NCBI GenBank assembly: GCA_037137655.1
Contig: JBAXJX010000002.1
Span: forward strand, 229,730 to 293,729
Source of the DNA: Candidatus Falkowbacteria bacterium
GTDB lineage: Bacteria; Patescibacteriota; Patescibacteriia; Patescibacteriales; UBA12465
Length of the DNA: 64,000 bases
Direction: 5' to 3'
Shown: piece by piece, positions 27,298-36,679 of the stretch
Position numbering within the stretch: position 1 is the first letter of the stretch
Layout: each line of letters begins with the position of its first letter
Translations under genes and position numbers: made by a program
Notes under the pieces: model-generated
What the model was told of the DNA's origin: nothing
Database searches by the model: none
The model's input: the letters and a program-made list of their open reading frames with translations, nothing else

Positions 27298-27306
27298 TGC
27301 TATAAT
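27298..27306 (+). promoter_or_regulatory. Extended -10 element (TGCTATAAT) only 12 nt upstream of the ATG at 27319
   Basis: TGC at 27298-27300 plus TATAAT at 27301-27306. No good -35 is present; that position is the terminator T-run. This implies a very short (about 5-6 nt) leader. Confidence 0.35.
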
Positions 27307-27318
27307 ATAAGTAGTTTT

Positions 27319-28698
27319 ATGAACAAATTACGCCTAAAAATCAGAATAATTTTATGGTCAATTTTAGCGTTGGCTGTTTTCGTTTTTGTTTATTTGGCGG
27401 TCGTGCCGGATGGTTACATGGTGTATGAGAATAATTTTTCTGGCAGTATTTGGCATGGGCAAAATTTTATTGAAAAATTTAGTCCAGCGGAGCGCGTTGA
27501 AAATGGCCATGGTTTTATAAAAATTTCGGGTGACCCAGTTTATTTTTCTTTGTTCACGCCACGTAAATTTGAAAAGGCGCGTATCACAATGACCTATAAA
27601 AATTTAAATGAAGCGCAAAATCCAGTAATGGAATTAGGCTTGTTGATGGATAAAACTGTCTGGGCCTATAAAATGGAGCCACTCCAAAATAAGTTAATCG
27701 AAAATTTATCTAACTCTTGGACTAAAATAGAAAGTAATGGCTTAACTTTTTTACAACGGACTAAAAAATATAATAACTTGGATCAATTTTTGCAGTCTAA
27801 TCCGAAGCGGGAAGACTTGGCTCTGTATAATTATGATTTAAAAGCTCCTTTTGTTTTAAGCGATTACAAATCAACAAGCAGCTGGCAAAATTACCCATCT
27901 TTACGTGGGGCTTACCAATTTTATGTTTATATTAAGAAAGAAGATTTAAATTTAAAATTAGAATTAGCGCGTTTGGAAAATTTAGATACACCTGATGAAG
28001 CAATTGTATTAGTGAGTGATCAAGCGGGCCAAGAAGTTTTTCGCCAGAATATTTCTGACAGTAAAAAATTAGATTTGAATCTAAAAAATTTAAAAGAGGG
28101 GACTTATAAAGTAGAATTGCGGACGGGTGATAATATCATCACTAAAAGTTTAGCAACTACCCAAAATAAATTAGTTTTTATTAATCGGGTTTGGGCGATG
28201 ACACCGACAGAATTTTTAGCGGATAACAATATTGTAAAAGTGCGCACAGTCGCTCCGGCTAGTATGGGTGAATTTAATTTTGGGGGAGAGAAGTTTAATA
28301 TTGATAAAACTTATGAGCCATTTAATTTTAATTTAAATAGTCACGCCGAGTTTAATGCTGTAAAAACCAATCATCCCGACTTGATTGTGGAAAGCAATGG
28401 TTTGTTTGCTTTTTCGGAAGCGGCTTATTTTAATCCCGATTTTAAACGCTTTAATGCTGATTTAGATTTAAGTAAAATTAATTATGTTTTAGCTAATTAC
28501 CAAGCACCGACCGAGCTCAACGGTGATAAGGTGGTGACACTTGATTTTGAGTTGTCCAACGCTTACCGCGAATTTAATAAAAACAGTTTTATGATTTCTA
28601 TTCCCGGCGCTGACAGTAGCACGGATATAATCATTAAAGATGTTAAAATTCAGTTGTGGGGACAGAATATTATTGAAAAAATAAAACAGAGTTTATGA
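27319..28698 (+). CDS. Hypothetical N-terminally anchored extracytoplasmic protein
   Basis: 459-aa ORF with a single N-terminal TM helix (IILWSILALAVFVFVYLAVV). I recognise no family. It is the first gene of an overlap-coupled chain. Confidence 0.6.
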   Translation: MNKLRLKIRIILWSILALAVFVFVYLAVVPDGYMVYENNFSGSIWHGQNFIEKFSPAERVENGHGFIKISGDPVYFSLFTPRKFEKARITMTYKNLNEAQNPVMELGLLMDKTVWAYKMEPLQNKLIENLSNSWTKIESNGLTFLQRTKKYNNLDQFLQSNPKREDLALYNYDLKAPFVLSDYKSTSSWQNYPSLRGAYQFYVYIKKEDLNLKLELARLENLDTPDEAIVLVSDQAGQEVFRQNISDSKKLDLNLKNLKEGTYKVELRTGDNIITKSLATTQNKLVFINRVWAMTPTEFLADNNIVKVRTVAPASMGEFNFGGEKFNIDKTYEPFNFNLNSHAEFNAVKTNHPDLIVESNGLFAFSEAAYFNPDFKRFNADLDLSKINYVLANYQAPTELNGDKVVTLDFELSNAYREFNKNSFMISIPGADSSTDIIIKDVKIQLWGQNIIEKIKQSL

Positions 28699-28889
28699 AA
28701 GAAAAGATAATTATTGTAATGGAAGAACTTTTTTACGCCTTATCCTTGGCCATGATAGTTTTTGGTGTTATGGAGGCGTTGAAGGCGCGCTCAATTTTAA
28801 ATTATTTTAACCTTGATATCTTGTTGATAGTTTGGTTGGTAAATGCTATTATTCTATTGATAATTAAAAATAAAAATATAAAATTATGA
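28695..28889 (+). CDS. Small two-TM membrane protein
   Basis: 64-aa ORF with 4-nt ATGA overlaps to both neighbours (28695-28698 and 28886-28889), arguing for real translation. Confidence 0.45.
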   Translation: MKEKIIIVMEELFYALSLAMIVFGVMEALKARSILNYFNLDILLIVWLVNAIILLIIKNKNIKL

Positions 28890-30871
28890 GTAAATTGAAA
28901 ACATTATTTGAGCCAAAATCGGTCGCTGTTATTGGTGCCTCTGGTAATCCAGAAAAACTTGGCTGGCAAATTTTAAACAATATTAAAAATGGCGGCTTTA
29001 AGGGTAAGGTTTACCCGATTAGCTTAAAGGAGAAAAAAATCCTTAATCATAAATGTTATACTAGTATCAGTGCAGTTAAAAGTGCGATTGATTTGGCCGT
29101 AATTGTTATTCCCGGAAAGTTTGTGCTCGATGAAGTTAAAAAATGTGCAGCCGCCAAAGTGGCTAACGTTGTGATTATTAGTGCTGGTTTCGGTGAAATT
29201 AATGAGGCCGGAAAAAGATTGGAAACTGAAATGGCGACGATTGCGCGCAAGGCCAATATGCGTATCGTTGGTCCAAATTGTTTAGGTATTATTTCGGCGG
29301 CCGTTAATTTAAACGCGACCTTTGCTAAATTTAATCCCCATGCCGACATTAAACGCCGTAATAACATTGCGGTAATTTCTCAGTCTGGTGCGGTTGGTAG
29401 CGCAGCACTTGATTTTATCGCTTCTAAAAATATCGGCTTCTCTTCATTTATTAGTTTAGGTAATAAAGCCGATTTGGATGAAGGTGATTTCTTTCAACAT
29501 TTTTTTCATGACAACAAAACTGATTTGGTCGTGGCTTATTTAGAAGAAATAAAAAATGGTTTGAAGTTCATGAATACCGTGTCACGCTTGGCTAAAATAA
29601 AGCCAGTGGCAGTTTTGAAGGCTGGCCGCACCCAAAAAGGTGGTTTGGCGGCGATGTCGCATACCGGTAGTTTAACGGCTAGTAATGATGTTATTGTTAC
29701 TGCTTTAAAAAGATCTGGGGCAATTGTTTTGGATAATGTTTCTGATATGTTCAATTTAATGCGCTTAATTAAAAAGCCAATAACTTTGGACAGTTTTGAT
29801 TTTAATATTGTATCTAACGCTGGCGGACCACTAGTGATGACAGTGGATGAAATTTCTTCCGCTGGTTATGGTTTAAATAAGGCTTTGGATATTATTGGTG
29901 ATGCTGACGCTAAAAAATATCAAAAAACTTTAGTGGCATTGTTGGCTGATAAAAAGATTAATAATATTTTGGTTATTCTAACTCCACAAACCAGTACGGA
30001 AGTGGAAAAAACTGCTGAGATTATTGGTCGTCTAGCGAAGCGTCATACCAATAAATTGATCTGCGCTAGTTTTATTGGCGGTGAAGCGGTGTCTGAGGGT
30101 AAGAAAATTTTAGCGAAGTATATGGTACCGAGTTATGATTATCCGGAAGAAGCGGTACGGGCTATGGGTAAATTTATGGAGTACCAAAAAATAGTTAAGA
30201 AATTAAAAGTGTTTGCTGCACCAAAAATATTTTCCGAAAATTATTCTCCAGCTGGTGCTGCGCAAATGGATTATTTAGAATCATTTCAAGTTTTATCTGA
30301 TTATAATATTCCGGCCATCGAAACAATTAAAGTTGATAAAGATAGTTTGGGCGGTATAAAATATCCAGCTGTGCTAAAAGTGGTAGGTAAAGATTTAATT
30401 CATAAAACTGATCGTCAGGCCGTATTTATAAATGTTCCAAGTATGGTTGAAGCAGGGGATATTCTAACGAATAATGAATTGTTAAAAGACAAGGATAATT
30501 ATTTAGTGGCCCAACCAATGGTTAAGTCTGATTATGGTTTAATTTTAGGTTTTCGCCGCGACCATTCCTTTGGCCCGATTTTAATGATCGGCTATGGTGG
30601 AATTTATACGGAAATTTTTAAAGATGTTCAATTGGAAGTTGGTGATATTGATAAGACTCGGGCTATGGCCATGATTGAAAAACTTCGAGTTTACCCAATC
30701 TTAAAAGGCGCTCGCGGTGCCAAGTCTTACGACCTTGATTCTTTGGCGGATATTTTAGTTAAGTTAGCTAAAATTGCCTCAGAACATTATGAAATTAAAG
30801 AATTTGATATCAACCCAATGTTGGCCACACATGATGGCTTTACCGCAGTTGATGTTCGAATAATTATTTAA
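28886..30871 (+). CDS. Acetyl-CoA synthetase (ADP-forming), fused alpha/beta (CoA-binding + succinyl-CoA-synthetase-like + ATP-grasp)
   Basis: 661 aa. N-terminus LFEPKSVAVIGASGNPEKLGWQIL, phospho-His loop MSHTGSL, and a C-terminal ATP-grasp region PAVLKVVGKDLIHKTD. Confidence 0.8.
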   Translation: MSKLKTLFEPKSVAVIGASGNPEKLGWQILNNIKNGGFKGKVYPISLKEKKILNHKCYTSISAVKSAIDLAVIVIPGKFVLDEVKKCAAAKVANVVIISAGFGEINEAGKRLETEMATIARKANMRIVGPNCLGIISAAVNLNATFAKFNPHADIKRRNNIAVISQSGAVGSAALDFIASKNIGFSSFISLGNKADLDEGDFFQHFFHDNKTDLVVAYLEEIKNGLKFMNTVSRLAKIKPVAVLKAGRTQKGGLAAMSHTGSLTASNDVIVTALKRSGAIVLDNVSDMFNLMRLIKKPITLDSFDFNIVSNAGGPLVMTVDEISSAGYGLNKALDIIGDADAKKYQKTLVALLADKKINNILVILTPQTSTEVEKTAEIIGRLAKRHTNKLICASFIGGEAVSEGKKILAKYMVPSYDYPEEAVRAMGKFMEYQKIVKKLKVFAAPKIFSENYSPAGAAQMDYLESFQVLSDYNIPAIETIKVDKDSLGGIKYPAVLKVVGKDLIHKTDRQAVFINVPSMVEAGDILTNNELLKDKDNYLVAQPMVKSDYGLILGFRRDHSFGPILMIGYGGIYTEIFKDVQLEVGDIDKTRAMAMIEKLRVYPILKGARGAKSYDLDSLADILVKLAKIASEHYEIKEFDINPMLATHDGFTAVDVRIII

Positions 30872-32514
30872 TGCTAAAAAACTTTTTCAACAAACAAACT
30901 AACAGCATTACAGTCGCCGCTTTCATGGTGGGCTTCTCTTCGCTGTTGTCTCGTTTTTTGGGAGTTTTTCGGGATCACATTTTAGCTGGTGAACTTGGAG
31001 CCGGACAAACTCTTGATGTTTATTATAGCGCTTTTAGAATTCCAGATTTTATTTTTAATCTTCTAGTGCTAGGTGCTTTGTCGGCCGGGTTTATTCCATT
31101 ATTTTCTAGCTTGATTAAGGATTTTAAAAGTTACAATAGTTTTGGTTTATTTAAATTCTTGAATCAAGAAGCGTGGGATTTAGCCAATAACTTATTAAAT
31201 GTTTTAGTGTTGTTCGTGGCCGGTCTTAGTTTATTAGGTATTGTTTTTGCGCCAACTTTAATGCGTTTAGTGGCCCCAGGTTTTACGCCTGAAGCCCAAG
31301 CCATGTCAGTCTCTTTGTGTCGTATTATGTTTTTGTCACCGTTGTTTTTATCAATCTCAGGAATTCTTGGTGGTATTCTACAATCGTTTAAAAACTTTTT
31401 TGTTTATTCACTCGCGCCAATTTTTTATAACATCGGTATCATCGTTGGTGTTTTATATTTTGTGCCGCGCTGGGGTGTTAGTGGTTTAGCTTGGGGTGTA
31501 GTTTTGGGCGCTTTGTTACACATGGCGATTCAAATTCCGGCTGTGAAGAGCTTAGGTTTTGTTTATCGCTTTAAAATAAATTTGCGTGATGCTAATTTTA
31601 AAAAGATTGTGCGCATGATGATTCCACGAACTATGGGTTTAGCGATTTCTCAGGTGGATTTATTGGTTACCACAATTATTGCTTCTAGTTTAGTGCCAGG
31701 CTCTTTAACTATTTTTAATCTTTCTAATAATCTCCAGGCGTTTCCGGTTAGCCTTTTTGGTATCTCTTTTGCTGTCGCCGCTTTTCCGGTTTTGTCGCGG
31801 GTGGCGGATGACAATAAAAAAATGATTGAGAGTTTTTCTTCGACGGTGCGCCAGATATTATTTTTAATTGTGCCAGCAACCGTGCTCTTTATTTCCTTGC
31901 GCGCCCAGTTGATTCGCGTGGTGCTAGGTTCCGGTGCTTTTTCTTGGCGCGATACGGTTTTAACTATTGATACTTTGGGATTTTTATCGCTCAGTCTTTT
32001 TGCCCAAGCGATTATTCCGCTTCAAACTAGAGTTTTTTATGCGCGCAAGGATTCACGCACGCCATTTTTTATTGGCCTAGTGACAGTCGCCGCGGATATT
32101 ATTTTTTGTTTAACCTTTTCTAAAACTATGGGTGTGGCCGGATTGGCCTTAGCTTTTTCTTTATCGAGTATTTTGAACTTTGTTTTATTATGGATATGCT
32201 TACTATTTAAATTGGGTGGTTTAGATCAGAAACGAATCTTAATTTCAGCTTTAAAATTCTCCGGCGCAGCGGTGGCGTCTGGTTTTGTTATTCAGGGTAT
32301 GAAGAGCATAGTTCTACCGTTTATTAACATGGAAACATTCTCTGGTGTTTTGGCTCAAGGTGGTTTAGCGGCGACGGCTGGTTTGGTTGCTTATGTTTTA
32401 TTGTGTTGGTTATTTAGAACAGAAGAATTGGCTGATTTTAGCGGCGCAATTTCTCGTCGTTTACCATGGCGCAAGGCTAAATTAGGCGATCAAGGCGAAG
32501 TTCGGGGGATTTAA
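30871..32514 (+). CDS. murJ: Lipid II flippase MurJ (MviN)
   Basis: 547 aa with about 14 TM helices. LSRFLGVFRDHILAGELGAGQTLDVYYSAFRIPDF is the canonical MurJ N-terminus. The ATG overlaps the upstream TAA (TAATG). Confidence 0.85.
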   Translation: MLKNFFNKQTNSITVAAFMVGFSSLLSRFLGVFRDHILAGELGAGQTLDVYYSAFRIPDFIFNLLVLGALSAGFIPLFSSLIKDFKSYNSFGLFKFLNQEAWDLANNLLNVLVLFVAGLSLLGIVFAPTLMRLVAPGFTPEAQAMSVSLCRIMFLSPLFLSISGILGGILQSFKNFFVYSLAPIFYNIGIIVGVLYFVPRWGVSGLAWGVVLGALLHMAIQIPAVKSLGFVYRFKINLRDANFKKIVRMMIPRTMGLAISQVDLLVTTIIASSLVPGSLTIFNLSNNLQAFPVSLFGISFAVAAFPVLSRVADDNKKMIESFSSTVRQILFLIVPATVLFISLRAQLIRVVLGSGAFSWRDTVLTIDTLGFLSLSLFAQAIIPLQTRVFYARKDSRTPFFIGLVTVAADIIFCLTFSKTMGVAGLALAFSLSSILNFVLLWICLLFKLGGLDQKRILISALKFSGAAVASGFVIQGMKSIVLPFINMETFSGVLAQGGLAATAGLVAYVLLCWLFRTEELADFSGAISRRLPWRKAKLGDQGEVRGI

Positions 32515-32557
32515 TTTATTGTTTGACCAAGACGCTAAAATCGTCTAAGATAGGTGT

Positions 32558-34366
32558 ATGTCTCAAAATATTGATAAAATTAGAAATTTTTGTATTATTG
32601 CCCACATTGATCACGGTAAGTCGACTTTGGCTGACCGGATGTTGGAATTGACCGATACCGTTGATAAACGCAAGATGAAAAACCAGATTTTAGATGGTAT
32701 GGATATTGAACGGGAACGCGGTATTACGATTAAATTACAACCAGTAACCATGAACTATAGTGGTTATCAGTTAAATTTAATTGATACTCCGGGTCATGTG
32801 GATTTTTCTTACGAAGTGTCACGATCTTTGGCAGCGGTGGAAACCGCTGTGCTTTTGGTTGATTGCACGCAAGGTATTCAAGCTCAAACTTTGGCTAATT
32901 TATATTTAGCCTTAGAACAAGATTTACATATTATTCCAGTGGTTAATAAAATTGATTTACCAGCCGCTAATGTTCCAAAAACTAAAGCTGAAATTATTCG
33001 CTTGCTTGGATGTCGCGAGGAGGAAATTTTATGCGCCTCCGGTAAAACCGGTGAGGGTGTTAATAGTATTTTGGATGCCGTGATTTCATCTGGCCCAGCC
33101 CCACGCGAAGGTGATGATACCCGCTTTCCTCGTGCTTTAATTTTTGATTCTAAGTATGATGAATATAAAGGTGTAGTAGCTTTTGTGCGTGTCTTTGACG
33201 GCTCGATAAAAAAAGGCGACAAAATTAGATTGATTGCGACTGGCGCCGTGAGCGAAGTTTTAGATATCGGTATTTTTAAACCGGATTATTGTTCTACTGG
33301 TGAACTTAAAACTGGCGAAATTGGTTATATTGTGACTGGTTTTAAAAACGTCGGTGAATGTCGCGTGGGTGATACTATTACTTTTCCTTTTGCAGCCGGT
33401 GAAGTTGAACCACTCTCTGGTTATAAAGAAGTGAAGCCGATGGTTTTCGCTGGTATCTTTCCGTCTGAAGGCGATGACTTGCAAGATTTGCGCGACGCCA
33501 TGGAAAAATTAAAATTAAATGACAGTGCCTTAGTATATGAACCGGAAAGATCCGAAGCTTTGGGTGTCGGTTTTCGTTGTGGCTTTTTAGGTTTACTTCA
33601 TTTGGAGATTTTTCAAGAACGATTACGTCGCGAATATAATTTAGATATTATCGTGACCATCCCAAGTGTGGCTTATAAAGCTATTAAAACTAATGGTGAG
33701 GAAATGGTAGTGCGCACTCCACAAAAATTACCAGAGCGTTCTGAATTATTAAGTATTACTGAGCCGTGGGTGACTTTAGATATTATCACACCAAAAGAAT
33801 ATATTGGTAATATCATGCAGTTAACCCAAGAAAAGCGTGGCGTCTATAAAAATACCGAATATATTTCCGTCGACAATGTTGATGCTCGTGTAATTTTGCA
33901 TTATGACATTCCAATGTCAGCCATCTTAACCGATTATTACGATAAGATTAAAAGTGCTTCTGCCGGTTATGCTTCGATTAATTATGAATATTTAGATTAC
34001 CGTGAAGCTGATGTAGTGCGCTTAGATATTTTAGTAGCCGAAGAGCCAGTAGAGTCACTGGCGACAATTGTTTATAGTGACGATGCTTTCCGCGAAGGTA
34101 AAGCAATTGTTAATATTTTAAAAGATACGTTGCCAAAGCAAATGTTTGTTTTGAAAATTCAAGCAGCTGTGGGCGCAAAGGTTGTGGCCGCGGAAAGAAT
34201 TTCGGCGATGCGCAAAGATGTGACCGCTAAGTTATACGGCGGTGATGTTAGTCGTAAACGTAAACTTTTAGAAAAACAGAAAAAGGGTAAGAAGAAAATG
34301 ATGGCGATGGGTAAAGGTAGCGTTGATATCCCGTCCGATACTTTTGTTAAAATTTTAAAAAGATAA
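32558..34366 (+). CDS. lepA: Translation elongation factor 4 (LepA)
   Basis: 602 aa. IRNFCIIAHIDHGKSTLADR, DTPGHVDF, NKIDL and the LepA-specific C-terminal domain. Confidence 0.95.
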   Translation: MSQNIDKIRNFCIIAHIDHGKSTLADRMLELTDTVDKRKMKNQILDGMDIERERGITIKLQPVTMNYSGYQLNLIDTPGHVDFSYEVSRSLAAVETAVLLVDCTQGIQAQTLANLYLALEQDLHIIPVVNKIDLPAANVPKTKAEIIRLLGCREEEILCASGKTGEGVNSILDAVISSGPAPREGDDTRFPRALIFDSKYDEYKGVVAFVRVFDGSIKKGDKIRLIATGAVSEVLDIGIFKPDYCSTGELKTGEIGYIVTGFKNVGECRVGDTITFPFAAGEVEPLSGYKEVKPMVFAGIFPSEGDDLQDLRDAMEKLKLNDSALVYEPERSEALGVGFRCGFLGLLHLEIFQERLRREYNLDIIVTIPSVAYKAIKTNGEEMVVRTPQKLPERSELLSITEPWVTLDIITPKEYIGNIMQLTQEKRGVYKNTEYISVDNVDARVILHYDIPMSAILTDYYDKIKSASAGYASINYEYLDYREADVVRLDILVAEEPVESLATIVYSDDAFREGKAIVNILKDTLPKQMFVLKIQAAVGAKVVAAERISAMRKDVTAKLYGGDVSRKRKLLEKQKKGKKKMMAMGKGSVDIPSDTFVKILKR

Positions 34367-34370
34367 TTCT

Positions 34371-34478
34371 ATGAAATTCAAAAAGAAAAAGGTTATAAAA
34401 GTTATTTGGATTATTATTTCTTCAATCGTCGTTTTTTCGATGGTGGCTTGGTCAGTTGGTATCGCTTTCTTAAAATAA
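34371..34478 (+). CDS. Possible 35-aa single-TM micro-protein
   Basis: Hand-found ORF MKFKKKKVIKVIWIIISSIVVFSMVAWSVGIAFLK filling the lepA-recJ gap. It is below the track size cutoff and there is no SD. Speculative. Confidence 0.25.
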   Translation: MKFKKKKVIKVIWIIISSIVVFSMVAWSVGIAFLK

Positions 34479-34487
34479 AATTAAATT

Positions 34488-36209
34488 ATGATTTGGCAAT
34501 TAGCCCCAAAAATTCCGACGGATTCTACTTCGGCTGAATTAACTTATCATCCGCTGATTTTGCAATTGCTTTATAATCGCGGCTTTAAAACTCCAGTTGA
34601 AATTAGGGAGTTTTTTGGTGATGATATGAGCTTGGAGGAGACTGGAAAAAAATACGATCCGTTTTTGTTTCGCGATATGAATGCGGCGGTGGACTTGGTT
34701 ATCTCTCACATTAAAGCTGGTAATAAGATCATGATCTATGGTGATTATGATGCTGATGGTGTGACCGCTACGGTGGTGCTGTATGAAACTTTAAAGCTTT
34801 TACGGGCCGATGTCTCTTATTATTTACCGGATCGCGTGAGCGAAGGTTATGGCTTAAATACAGCGGCAGTAGAAACACTGATTAAAGATAATTTTAAATT
34901 AGTTATTACGGTGGATACTGGTATTCGCAGTAAGGTTGAGGCTGACGTGGCCATCGCTGGTGGTATGGATGTGATTATTACTGATCATCATATGTTGCCA
35001 GACGATCCGGATGATTTACCACAATGTTTAATAATTGATCCAAGCGATGCGACCGATAATTATCCTTGTCGTTTTTTGGCCGGTGTTGGTGTTGCCTTTA
35101 AATTAGTGGAGGCGATACTGACTAAATCAAAATTAGATGAGGAGCAACGTCAAATAGTTTTAGATCGAAATTTAGATTTAGTGGCGATTGGCACAATCGC
35201 TGACTTAGTTAGACTTTCGGGTGAAAATCGTTTATTGGTGAAGCGCGGTTTGGAAGTTTTAAATTCCACTCGCCGTCTCGGCCTACAAAAATTAATTGCT
35301 ATCTCCGGAATTATTGAGGACGCTAAAATCGATTCTTGGAATATTGGTTTTCAAATTGGACCACGCTTAAACGCGGCGAGTCGCATTGATCATGCTAATA
35401 CTGCTTTAAAGCTTTTAATAACAAAAGATGAGGCTGATGCTGTGGCCATCGCAGCCGATTTGAATGATAAAAACATTGAACGGCAAAATATTACCAAAGA
35501 GATCATGGCTGAGGTGGAAAAACAAATTGATCCAAAAAATATCCCACCGATAATTGTTGGTTTATGTAGTTTTGAATATACAGCTTGGAATGAAGGTGTG
35601 ATTGGTTTGGTGGCTGGTCGGATTACAGAAAAATATTATCGTCCGACTTTAATTATTACCCATACGCATGATGGTTATAAGAGTTCTGGTCGTAGTATTC
35701 CGGAATTAGATTTAATTGGCGCTCTAGAAGATTGTGCAGAGTTTTTAGATAAATACGGTGGTCATCCAATGGCTTGTGGCTTTTCCATTTTTAGCCAAGA
35801 AAAGTTAGATAAATTTTTAGTGGCGATAAAGGAAAATGTTGGCATGAAATTAGAAGGCTTGGAATTATCACCAAAAATAAATATTGATTGCGAAGTTGAT
35901 GCTAGTATTATTGATCGTGACTTAATTGCTAAGATTGCTTTACTCGCGCCATATGGTCAAAGTAATCCGCAACCAAAATTTGTGTCTTACCAAGTTTTGG
36001 TTAATGATATTATGGTGATGGGCAAAGATGGTCAACATATTAAAATTCGCTTAAACGGTATTTGGGCTTTGGCTTTTGGTAAGAGTGAAGAGTATAGTAT
36101 TTTTAAAATTGGTGATTTGGTAGACGTGGTTTATTATTTGGAGATCAATGAATTTAAGGGTCGGAGCGAACCACAAATGAAAATTGTTGATATAAAAATT
36201 TCACAATAA
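34488..36209 (+). CDS. recJ: Single-stranded-DNA-specific exonuclease RecJ
   Basis: 573 aa. DHH family motifs IYGDYDADGVT, ITVDTG and ITDHH, plus a DHHA1 region. Confidence 0.9.
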   Translation: MIWQLAPKIPTDSTSAELTYHPLILQLLYNRGFKTPVEIREFFGDDMSLEETGKKYDPFLFRDMNAAVDLVISHIKAGNKIMIYGDYDADGVTATVVLYETLKLLRADVSYYLPDRVSEGYGLNTAAVETLIKDNFKLVITVDTGIRSKVEADVAIAGGMDVIITDHHMLPDDPDDLPQCLIIDPSDATDNYPCRFLAGVGVAFKLVEAILTKSKLDEEQRQIVLDRNLDLVAIGTIADLVRLSGENRLLVKRGLEVLNSTRRLGLQKLIAISGIIEDAKIDSWNIGFQIGPRLNAASRIDHANTALKLLITKDEADAVAIAADLNDKNIERQNITKEIMAEVEKQIDPKNIPPIIVGLCSFEYTAWNEGVIGLVAGRITEKYYRPTLIITHTHDGYKSSGRSIPELDLIGALEDCAEFLDKYGGHPMACGFSIFSQEKLDKFLVAIKENVGMKLEGLELSPKINIDCEVDASIIDRDLIAKIALLAPYGQSNPQPKFVSYQVLVNDIMVMGKDGQHIKIRLNGIWALAFGKSEEYSIFKIGDLVDVVYYLEINEFKGRSEPQMKIVDIKISQ

Positions 36210-36213
36210 TTGT

Positions 36214-36627
36214 ATGAAAAAATTTATAATTTATACGGATGGTGGATCGCGCGGTAATCCAGGACCAGCTGGAATTGGCGCAGTGCTTTACGACGAAGAT
36301 AAAAAAGTGATTGCGGAAATTGCGGAGTTCCTTGGCGTAGCTACTAACAATCAGGCCGAATATAAAGCGGTGATTGCTGCTTTTAAAAAAGCTAAAGAGT
36401 TGGGCGGGGAAGAATTGGATTTTTATTTAGATAGCGAATTAGTGGTTAAACAATTGCGCCGGGAATATAAAGTTAAGCATCCAGATTTGGCGCCATTGTT
36501 TTTAGAAATTTATACTTTAAGTTTGTCTTTCAAAAAAATTACTTATACGCATATTCGCCGGGAGTTTAATAAGGCAGCGGATAAATTAGCCAACATCGCA
36601 ATGGACGAGGGAATGGGAATAGTATAA
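36214..36627 (+). CDS. rnhA: Ribonuclease HI-type RNase H
   Basis: 137 aa. IYTDGGSRGNPGPAGIG, TNNQAEY and NKAADKLA are RNase H fold catalytic DEDD positions. Confidence 0.8.
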   Translation: MKKFIIYTDGGSRGNPGPAGIGAVLYDEDKKVIAEIAEFLGVATNNQAEYKAVIAAFKKAKELGGEELDFYLDSELVVKQLRREYKVKHPDLAPLFLEIYTLSLSFKKITYTHIRREFNKAADKLANIAMDEGMGIV

Positions 36628-36636
36628 TGTTAAAAT

Positions 36637-36663
36637 AAAAAAGCGGCATCTAGCCGCTTTTTT
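36637..36663. terminator. Bidirectional intrinsic terminator between rnhA and the convergent por-operon end
   Basis: Stem aagcggc / gccgctt (36641-36647 / 36653-36659) with an A-run upstream and a T-run downstream. Confidence 0.75.
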
Positions 36664-36679
36664 GTTTGTTTAAAAAATA

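Noticed and set aside
28696-28698. An alternative genetic code (UGA as a sense codon), as seen in some candidate phyla.
   Set aside because: The long conserved genes are uninterrupted under the standard code, and TGA is used as a genuine stop in overlap junctions (for example ATGA at 28695-28698 and 28886-28889).
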